Assembly: GCA_951406725.2 (NCBI GenBank)
Contig: OX597837.1
Coordinates: 8,618,001 to 8,682,000, forward strand
DNA length: 64,000 nucleotides
Direction: 5' to 3'
Origin: Octopus vulgaris
Lineage: Eukaryota
Shown here: positions 53,150-64,000 of the stretch, in pieces
Position numbering within the stretch: position 1 is the stretch's first letter
Layout of the letters: every line of letters starts with the position of its first letter
Position numbers and translations under genes: made by a program
The notes under the pieces: generated by a model
What the model was told of the DNA's origin: nothing
Databases searched by the model: none
The model's input: the letters and a program-made list of their open reading frames with translations, nothing else

Positions 53150-53528
53150 ATATATATATAAACGGCAGTTTGTCTGTGCGTGTTTCTGTGTGTCTGTTTG
53201 GTTGTACCCTCACCCTGACCACGGCTTTCAACCGATTCTGATGAAACTTGACACGCACATAGCCCAATATCATAATTCAAAACTAACGCAGCGAAAATTT
53301 TGAAAAGTTCCCCCAGTTCTGAACAAAATCGATAAATTCGACATGGGGTCGAGAATCATAAACACAAACCACAAACTGTCTAGTGGACGCAACTCCACCT
53401 TTTTTAATTTAAAAAAAAATTACCATGATTTTTTTCCCATTTTTTTGCTATTTTTTGGCTATAACTCTCTAAAAATGCTTTATAGTTATTTCCCTTACAA
53501 ATCTGAGCAACGCCGGGCGATACTGCTA

Positions 53529-53529
<1 letters not shown>
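53150..53529 (+). mobile_element. Non-autonomous Helitron
   Basis: Ends ...GAGCAACGCCGGGCGATACTGCTAG|T; last ~70 bp shared with the 30123 element. Confidence 0.85.
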
Positions 53530-53582
<53 letters not shown>

Positions 53583-53587
<5 letters not shown>

Positions 53588-53776
53588 TAATCCAAACAAG
53601 AAAACAAAAAAGACAACAACGCAAAGAGGTGGAACAATTAAAGTATTATTAGGCGCTCAGGAAAAAAGGGAAGAAGGAGTGTATGCCGTTTCAAGCGGAG
53701 CTCTTCCTCGGAAACATAAGAGAAAGAAAGATCCCGAGGTGGGAGGACAGAGGGAAAAAAACGCGAGTGGTCTTCA

Positions 53777-53780
<4 letters not shown>
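53583..53780 (-). mobile_element. (TA)n-embedded Penelope-like end with decayed hammerhead
   Basis: Minus strand 53715-53681: GTTT-CCGAGGA-A-GAGC TCC GCTT-GAAA-CGGC-ATAC. Confidence 0.5.
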
Positions 53781-53827
<47 letters not shown>

Positions 53828-53829
53828 TA

Positions 53830-53965
53830 TGACGGGCTTTCAGTTTCCGTGTACCTAATCCATTCACAAAGGCTGTGGTAGGCCCGTGGCTATAGTAGAA
53901 GGCACTCGCCCAAGGTGCCCCGCAATGGGACTGAACCCAGAACCCAGAACCATGTTGGTAAGCTA
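53830..53965 (-). mobile_element. Family-B SINE head
   Basis: GACGGGCTTTCAGTTTCCG...GCCCAAGGTGCC...GGGACTGAACCC. Confidence 0.8.
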
Positions 53966-53995
53966 GATGATGAAAGAGATATGAAGTTAAAGTTG

Positions 53996-54063
<68 letters not shown>

Positions 54064-55082
54064 CATATGTATATATATATATGTATATATATATATGTAT
54101 ATATATGTATATATATATATACATATATATAAATATATATATATACATATATATATATGGACATATGCTCTAGTTTGTACATATGTACATCGTGTCCGCA
54201 TGTAGATACGTTTGCGCGTGCTAGGCATAAATCAAATGTATTATTATAAGTCATGTGTTATTATGCGTGCAGATATGTTTAGTGGAATGTGGTGTGTGGT
54301 GGTGTGTGCTGCTGTAAATGCGTTCGTATTTCGCTAGCTGCAAGAATCGATACAAAAGCCAGCCGATAAGCTAATCGGTGGGTGGAGCTGAGATGTCCAA
54401 AGCCGAAAGAAAATTTGTTGTTCATGTTGCATACGGAAACAAGAGATCACTCGTGAGGTACAACATCGAGGTACGTCGATCTACACACATCATTCTATAC
54501 AGACTCACATACACACACATACATACATATATATATATACATACGCATACATATATATGCATATGTATTTATATACGTTCATCTATATATATGTTTGTGT
54601 GTATTTATAAACACGGACACATACGCACAATCACATACACACATACACACACATATACACTTGCATACATATAGTACATATACATATACATTTATGTATG
54701 TATAAGTATATATATATATATGTATAAGTTCGATAGACATAAACCATAATAAATGTCATTGTCATGATGACAATAACAAATTTACTTCCACCTTTTATTG
54801 TTTTGTGTATTTCCATAACAAAATGGAACGAAATCAGTCTTCCTTTTGTGTGGCGATAAAGACATGCGTATGTATGTATGTACGTATGTATGTATGTATG
54901 TATGTATGTATGTATATATATGTACGTTTATACGTATGTATGTATGTATGTATGTATGTATATTTATATATATATATGTATATCTATATCTATCTATCTA
55001 TCTTTATATATATACTTATATATATATACGCATACATGTGCATGTGTGCCTATATAAGTATATAAATATATGTGTATATATT

Positions 55083-55116
<34 letters not shown>

Positions 55117-55183
55117 TATATGTACACGTGTATATGTCCCTGAATGTATGTGCCTCTATCTAGATAAATACACACACACACAT

Positions 55184-55260
<77 letters not shown>

Positions 55261-55261
55261 T

Positions 55262-55315
<54 letters not shown>

Positions 55316-55804
55316 GAGTATTCTCTCATATTGATAGGGGGATATACTTATGAGTCTTCTTGTGTGTCTTATACAGAGTTTGTTTTCTATTTGTTTGTGG
55401 CTATTTGTCAAAGTCGCCATTATATTAACATAATGTCAATTTGAATGCAAAGTCTGCGTCCGTGTAATGTGTATAAAAAGACCTCTCTCTCTCATAGGAA
55501 TCTAAATTCTTTGCTTCTGTGCCATTCCGCAGACAGGTCATTCACCGGAATAGGACTAACAGCAAAAGTAACTGCAACAAAGTAACATTAATAGAAGCGA
55601 TTTATTGTAATAGTAATGATTATCGTGATGAAAATATTAATAGTACCGGTAATAATAGAGTGGTGATAGAAATAATAACTAAAGTCACACAAACGATAAT
55701 AATAAACATATTGGTGGTGGTATTAATGATGAAGATAATGATAGTGGAAATAATGTGTCAGGAAGACACTCGGCAACAAATGGGAGCAGAATTGAAAGAA
55801 GATG

Positions 55805-56118
55805 CTGAATTCCAAATACAACAAATATCCAGAATTAGACGTAATAGAAACAAGTACAGAAAAAGCTAAGCGGATGAAAAACTGTGCTAAAACTGCTGAC
55901 GTAGATATCCCTACTGAGAAATGGGAAGAAAAACTTCTCAATGCAAATGCTCAAAGGGAGCTGATAATGCGGATGTTGACAAAGCATTTACCCATCTATG
56001 GTTAGTGTCTTCTAGATTAAAATCAGAAAGAGATGGGTTTATCATAGCAGCCTAAGATCAATGCCAACCTACAAGGAACTGCGAGGCCAACATATTAAAA
56101 AACGGCAGTAGCTCAACA
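55805..56118 (+). pseudogene. Older internal fragment of the same R4/Dong-type LINE family
   Basis: Aligns by eye to ~57512-57830 (ETS.EKA.RMK..AKTA, KW.EK, GFIIAA.DQC.PTRN, NILKNGSS). Confidence 0.85.
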
Positions 56119-56177
56119 TAAGAAAGTCAAGAAGGCACTTGGCAAAAAAATGGAAACAGAATTTAAAGATGATGATG

Positions 56178-56230
<53 letters not shown>

Positions 56231-56238
56231 TAATAATG

Positions 56239-56304
<66 letters not shown>

Positions 56305-56328
56305 GTAATAATAATATAGGAATATACC

Positions 56329-56368
<40 letters not shown>

Positions 56369-56380
56369 TTATAGGAATAT

Positions 56381-58602
56381 ACCTATAGTTTTTTAACAGA
56401 CAGCAGCATATTCCCTAATGAACAGAAAGGATGTAAACGTGGATCCTACGGCTGTAAAGACCAACTACTCATCAATAAGATGATCTTAGAAGATTGTCAC
56501 AAACGACACAAAAACTTATCAATAGCCTAGATAGACTATAAAAAGGCTTTTGATAGCCTACCACATAGCTGGATTAGGAAATGCCTGGAAATGTATAAGA
56601 TAGCACCTACTCTGCGAAACTTCTTGACTGTAAGCATGAGATCATGGAGAACCACACTAACTCTGAACAGTGACAATGAATCCCTAAATGCTGGTGATGA
56701 AAAATTTCGTGTGGCATTTTCCAGGGTGACTTACTGTCACCACTCCTCTTTTGTTTATCCTTAATACCTCTCTCAAAGCTGCTCAATGACGCGCAGTACG
56801 GGTATAAAATGTTTGATAAAAATATAAATCATCTCATTTACATGGATGATTTAAAGTTTTTTTGCAAAAAATGACCAACAACTCAAGGGCTTACTAGCGA
56901 TAGTCAAACAATTCAGTGACGACATCAGAATGCAATTCGGCCTCGATAAATGTGCAAATCTACCTTTATCAAAGGAAAAATGACAGAAACATCTAACGTT
57001 AGCCTTGACCAGCAGAATGTCATAAAAGAACTAGACCCAGTAGAGAGCTACAAGTACCTAGGGGTAATTGAAGGGAACGGAATAAGGCATTCAGAGATGA
57101 AGGAAAGGATCAGGAGAGAATGTTATCGAAGAGTGAGAGCAATACTCAAGACAGAGCTGAATGCAAGAAACAGGATCGAAGCGATCAATGCATTAGCCAT
57201 ACCAGTCGTGACTTACAGTTTCAATATTGTTAACTGGTCAATTACTGAAATATGTCAGCTCGACAGAAAAATAAGGAGACTGTTGACAATGCATAGAATG
57301 CACCACCCCAAGGCAGATACAGAACGACTCTATCTCCCAAGAAAAGAGGGAGGCCGTGGTCTTTTGCAACTGGCAATAACAATGAAGATTGCTACAATTG
57401 GCCTAGACACCTACCTGAAAAAGTCTGAGGACTGGATGTTAAAACTTGTCTCAAAACATGAAAACAAGAAAGCATCATACTCAGTCACAAAACAGGCAAA
57501 GGAATATCTAAGTGAATTCCGAATACAACCAATTTCGGAATTAGAGATAGACATACAAGAAACAAGCATAGAAAAAGCTAGGCGCATGAAAACCCGTGCC
57601 AAAACTGCGGCCTTAGATATTCTGAATAATAAATGGCAAGAAAAACCTCTCTATGGCAAATACCCAAAGAGAGCGAATAATGCAGATATTGACAAAGCCC
57701 CGACCCATCAATGGCTAATGGCCTCTGGCTTAAAATCTGAAACAGAGGGGTTTATCATAGCAGCTCAAGATCAATGCCTACCAACAAGAAACTACCAGGC
57801 CAACATATTAAAGAACGGCAGTAGCCCAACATGTCGTGTATGCCGACAACAAAATGAAACCATTGATCATGTTGTCTCCAAATGCAGTCTTCTAGCGCCT
57901 ACAGAGTACCTCAACAGGCATGATAGAGCTGCACAATATATTAACTGGGTAATTTGCAAAAACCTGGATTTGCCCCATGAAAAAAACTGGTGGGAACACA
58001 ATCCACCTCCAGTGCTTGAAAATGACCACATCTCACTCCTCTGGAACTTCACCATTCAAACTGACAGGAAGATAGATGCAAATAGGCCAGACATCATATT
58101 GAAAGACTTCAGACAAAGAACATGCCTCCTCATTGATATGACTGTCCCAATCGATATAAACGTATCTGTCAAGACCTACCAAAAACTGAGCAAATATAAA
58201 GATCTTGAAATAGAAATCAGCAAAATGTGGAAGCTGAAGACTAAAACAATACCTGTTATCATAGGTGCCCTGGGAATGATAGCGAAAGGGACTGATTGCT
58301 ACCTAACTCAGATACCAGGAAACCCCAAAATGGCAGAAATTCAAAAGATAGTGCTCATGGGAACTGCTCATATCCTACGCAAAATACTCTCTATGTAATC
58401 CCAAGGTTTAAAACAAACTTTTTTTCCCTTTCTTTTTTGTTTTTTAATTTTATTGTTATGTATTAGACATTCACTAGTACAACACCAAAAAAATAAAAAA
58501 AAACAAATATATGGCACAGAACTTCCAGCCTGTTGTCTCTTGAGGTCTCTGGGTGAAACTTGGAGCCAACTTGTATAGAAATAAAGCAAAAGTCAAACAT
58601 AG
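56381..58602 (+). mobile_element. 5'-truncated R4/Dong-type non-LTR retrotransposon (RT + CCHC + restriction-like endonuclease) inserted in (TAA)n
   Basis: RT motifs EQKGC..GSYGCKDQLLI, IDYKKAFDS, GIFQGD..SPLLF, HLIYMDDLK with one stop and frameshifts; 3'UTR 58399-58602; TAA repeats on both sides. Confidence 0.95.
56950..58398 (+). pseudogene. Open C-terminal 482 aa of the LINE ORF (thumb, CCHC knuckle, PD-(D/E)xK endonuclease)
   Basis: YKYLG, GGRGL, CRVC...HVVSKC, RHD, RPDI..LLIDMTVP..KLSKYKDL; no true start because the upstream RT is frameshifted. Confidence 0.92.
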
Positions 58603-58719
58603 AATAATAATAAGAAGAAGAACAATAGTGATGATGATGACTAGGTAACACAACAATAACGATAATAATAAGAGCCACAACAAGAACAACAATGATAATA
58701 ATGCTCTTAAATTTTAGTA

Positions 58720-58820
58720 GATATGAATGTCAACCTCGGTAAAATTCGAACGCAGAACGATAAAATGCTGAAATGCCGCCAAGCATATTGTCCGGCGGTT
58801 GCCGATTCTGCCAGCCCGTT
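58720..58820 (-). mobile_element. Decayed family-A SINE head
   Basis: GTCAACCTCGG...TTCGAACGCAGAACG...GATTCTGCCAGC. Confidence 0.6.
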
Positions 58821-58849
58821 GACATAATAATAACAACAACAACAACAAC

Positions 58850-58880
<31 letters not shown>

Positions 58881-58898
58881 TTAATAATAATAATAATG

Positions 58899-59199
<301 letters not shown>

Positions 59200-59200
<1 letters not shown>

Positions 59201-59221
59201 ACAATAATAATAATAGTAATA

Positions 59222-59270
<49 letters not shown>

Positions 59271-59368
59271 TGATGATGATGATGATTAGGATGATGATAA
59301 TAATGATAATGATGATGATGATAATGGTGATGATAATAATAATAATAGTAATAATAGTAATAATAGTA

Positions 59369-59409
<41 letters not shown>

Positions 59410-59455
59410 TATGATGATAATAATAATAATAATGATGATGATGATGATGATGATG

Positions 59456-59504
<49 letters not shown>

Positions 59505-59611
59505 TGATAATAATAATAATGATGATGATGATGATGATGATGATGATAATAATAATAATAATAATAATGATGATAATAATAATAATAATGATGATGATGA
59601 TGATGATGATG

Positions 59612-59666
<55 letters not shown>

Positions 59667-59680
59667 TGATAATAATAATA

Positions 59681-59712
<32 letters not shown>

Positions 59713-59746
59713 AATAATAATAATAATAATAATGATGATAATAATA

Positions 59747-59843
<97 letters not shown>

Positions 59844-59854
59844 TGATGATGATA

Positions 59855-59895
<41 letters not shown>

Positions 59896-59929
59896 AATAA
59901 TAATAATAATAATGATGATAATAATAATA

Positions 59930-59967
<38 letters not shown>

Positions 59968-59990
59968 AATAATAATAATAATAATAATAA
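59200..59990. repeat. Alternating (TAA)m(TGA)n higher-order array
   Basis: Direct reading; CTA variant recurs at 59471 and 59627. Confidence 0.93.
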
Positions 59991-60351
59991 TTGCCACATA
60001 CACTTAATCTACAATTGAAACTATTATATTCTATGTTGGAGAAGGATATCGATCGATCAATATAGAAGTGATTATTCGAAATTCAATAGAGTTTTGACAT
60101 TCTTTTCAGATTGAACTTAAATTGTGATTGTTTTCTCGACTTAAAATTACTTCTTCAAGATTTGAGATGTTGTCGGAATCGAAACGATGTCGGCGACACC
60201 CTGATGTTCTTTACCATATAGTTCTTTCTTTCTTTCTTTCATTCCTTTTTTATCTTTTATCTGTTTATTTCTTTCTGTTTCCTCATCCTGTCTTTGTTTC
60301 TTTTCCTTCTTGTTGATTCTTCACTTTCTGAAGCACTCTTTTCCGTTATAC

Positions 60352-60429
<78 letters not shown>

Positions 60430-60473
60430 GCAAATGCGACACACAAAGACACGCATAGGCACATATATATAGA

Positions 60474-60505
<32 letters not shown>

Positions 60506-61327
60506 GAGAGATAAATATGTACATATATGCATTTATCCTTACACACACACACATATATATATGTGCTTGTTTGTATGTGTATATGTGTGTTTGTGTGTAT
60601 GTCTGTGTGTACGTTGTGTATATCTGTATATGTATGTACAAGATGTGCTCAAAATATATCTGGAATATCGTTATGGTTACGCAGAGTGAAGCCGATTGGT
60701 ACACATTGACGACCATACAGACTGTCGAGCACACATACTTAGTTATATCCACCTTCCTCATTTCCGATGTCTATACCAGTGGTTAGAATTAAAGTGTATA
60801 GAGTGTGGTCGACTCCAAAAAAGAATCGCGTTTCAGCTGCTCAAAATCTCCTTCATTGTGTCTTCGAAGGCGAAATAATTTTCAAACGATGATAGCAGGG
60901 GACGAAACGTAGTTCCATAGCTATAACACCAAAATGAATGCTATGTGTACACGCGTGCGCGCGCACTCTATTAGATTTCCCCGATATCTTGAATTCTTGT
61001 TGGTTTCGGTTTCATAGCCGTAGAACCACGATTCGACACCTAAGTTGATAGTTTTGAAGAAGACCTAGTCTTCCTCAATACATTCAAGTTCCTGCTCAGC
61101 AGAAATCCGATTTTCTTTTTGAGACGACCACAATCTATACACTTTAATTCTAAGCATTGCTATAAAGAACGGGTGTAAGCGAGAATAGAGTATAAAGTCA
61201 ATCTATGCCAAGTGGCTTCACTCTGAGTACTTTAGCTCTGATACCATATCAATAGTCCTGATACACTTTGATAAGCCCTCGTATTTTGAGGCCTAACAAA
61301 TTTCTAATCTTTGGTGCTCAAATCATT

Positions 61328-61718
61328 TCTATATCTCTTATATAAAATCCGTTCTGTCTGTCTGTGTGTGTGTGTGTGGCATCTAGGATCTCGGGCATCC
61401 TCCATCCGATTGCACTCAAATTTGATATGTAGATACCGACGGTATCATAGCGTGTATATGTCTTGAAAAAAAAATTAAAAATCGATTCCAGGTGAGAATG
61501 CGATCGATATAGCCGTGGGAAATCGTTTTTCATTGGAATAGAAAAAAGTCTATATTTCTTTTGCTGCTGTCTCAAATTTAGGTTAAATCAGTGTTTCTCA
61601 AAGGGGAGGCCTATGGGACGGTCGGACAAGTTGTTTTGAGAAAATTTGGTTTATATGTTTGACAACTCAGCACCATCCATTGGACGGGGAGCGTTTTGCT
61701 CGTATTATATATAAGAGA
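61328..61718. mobile_element. Helitron-5'-like ends in inverted orientation
   Basis: TCTCTTATATAAAATCCG at left; reverse complement of right end TCTCTTATATATAATACG; left part resembles the 53150 element 5' region. Confidence 0.55.
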
Positions 61719-62268
61719 AGATCGCCAGGAGAGCATCTCGGCGATTGTGATACCTAGACTTTGATATAAAATTGGCGGCATTATTTGCATATTTTCAACA
61801 ATGAGGGATATTTAGTTACCATAGACATTTCCCTTGTACATCGAGTGGTTTACCTTTCTCATAAACAAATATAAAAATCTGCCATATTTTCGCAGGAAGA
61901 TATTCTGAGTTTAAAACGGACTTAGAGGCGGCAAGGTATTGAAGGTAATTCTGTTCCTGTAAATAACAAGTTATATTCTGACAGTACTATTTCTTTATAA
62001 TTCATTACTTTAGACAAATTCGTTCATCACTATTTTGGCGTTGCAGTATAAATTTCGCTGATACAATTCAACAATAATATATTGTCTCACACTCACATCA
62101 TCCGAGGAATTTTAGATATATAGTGGAAAAACAGACATCATAAAACAACAAAAAATCGATATAACACGAGATCATTTAGGGAAACGCAATACACACATAC
62201 AAAGAAACAAACCCAAAAACTCCACACACACATACACATATTTATATATATATATATGCACATATGTA

Positions 62269-62324
<56 letters not shown>

Positions 62325-62584
62325 TGTGCACATATATAAGTGTATGTATATGTATATATATAGTTATAGTAATATACATACATACACACATATATGCATA
62401 CATACAAACGAACCCGTACATATTTATATTTATGTATGTATATATGTATATGTGTGTGTGTGTGTATACATATGTGTTTGTGTGTGAATACATATGTATA
62501 TAAATATGCGTATGTAGATATATATATTCATATATATATATACATATACAGTTATATTTATACACACACAGTGACATAGACACA

Positions 62585-62659
<75 letters not shown>

Positions 62660-62781
62660 CTGACATAACAGCTACATCTATGGAAAATCTAATTCTTCGG
62701 AAAAATTATTCCGGTGTAAAAGCTACAAGTACAAAACAGTGATACATGCTATGGTCTGCTATTCTTCTTATATACACACAC

Positions 62782-62830
<49 letters not shown>

Positions 62831-63172
62831 TATATGTTTCTGTTTATGTATGTACGTATTTTAGGAAAAAGAGGTTCTCTCCGAATTCAATCAAGGAGAT
62901 TGATTGCATAAAGAAAATGGCGAACCTCGCTACAGAAAGCAATAATGTTGGGCATTATATAATGGCTCATACCTATTACCTGTACGTCAATTTACATTTT
63001 ACATCTAGTACTGGGTGCCTGCCATAGCCATGAATGATAATGCATATGTATGTATGTACGTATTTATATATATCTATATATATATATATATATATATGAT
63101 TAGATATATGCATATGTGTATACATTTATATGTATGCATACATATATATATATGTATATATATATAGGTATG

Positions 63173-63216
<44 letters not shown>

Positions 63217-63266
63217 CATAAGTGTATGTGCGTGTATTAACTTACACGAGTTTATGGAGACGTACT

Positions 63267-63307
<41 letters not shown>

Positions 63308-63363
63308 CTTTTTATCTATCTATGAACCATTATTTCTTTCTATCTATCTATCTCCATATCTAT

Positions 63364-63394
<31 letters not shown>

Positions 63395-63395
63395 G

Positions 63396-63478
<83 letters not shown>

Positions 63479-63552
63479 GTATGTATGTATTTATATGTAT
63501 ACGGTGTATCTATATACAAATATAACTGTACATATAATAATGGAAATATATT

Positions 63553-63588
<36 letters not shown>

Positions 63589-64000
63589 TATATATACACA
63601 CATATATATGCATATATGTATGTACGCACGCACACACACACACACAGACAGACACACATATATATATATATGTGTGTGTGTATGTATGTGTGTGTGTGTG
63701 TGTGTGTCTGTGTGTGTCTGTGTTGTATCCATATTTATTGCTGTACATACTCTTATTGTTCGCCTCGGTTATTTGATAATAACTCAAGCAAAACTCTCTC
63801 AGCCTAATACAATATACCGGTACAGACGTACTTACATCTTCCCTTCATTGCTACCAACTCTCTTTACGTCTCTGTATATTATCAGATTCTATAATAGGTC
63901 TGTTCTGATGTAGCTGTCACGCTCTTGCAATTTCCTTTAAAGACTTTACAATGATACATACAAATATATATAACATGTTTGATATGTTATGCGTGCTAAT

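Overview
AT-rich, microsatellite-saturated eukaryotic non-coding DNA (intergenic or intronic). The repeat landscape resembles an octopus/coleoid cephalopod genome (inference). No host protein-coding exon could be supported, and almost all listed ORFs are translated simple repeats. The recognisable content is transposon-derived: a complete but dead Tc1 element with TIRs and TA TSD; mariner/maT fragments; R4/Dong-type RLE LINEs sitting in (TAA)n arrays; CR1-group LINE 3' ends; three modular tRNA-SINE families; non-autonomous Helitrons; and MITE/foldback elements. The most interesting signal is a set of short non-coding inserts, mostly next to (TA)n, carrying minimal type-I hammerhead-ribozyme folds. 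Three look structurally complete and four decayed, four have a CCGANGA (U4C) core, and one lies in a 473-bp unit with an 89-bp terminal direct repeat (Penelope pseudo-LTR or retrozyme-like). Other highlights are a SINE/LINE shared 3' end with compensatory stem changes, a ~195-bp direct repeat flanking a SINE, and a pre-miRNA-shaped hairpin. All structures were read by eye, and coordinates may be off by a few bases.
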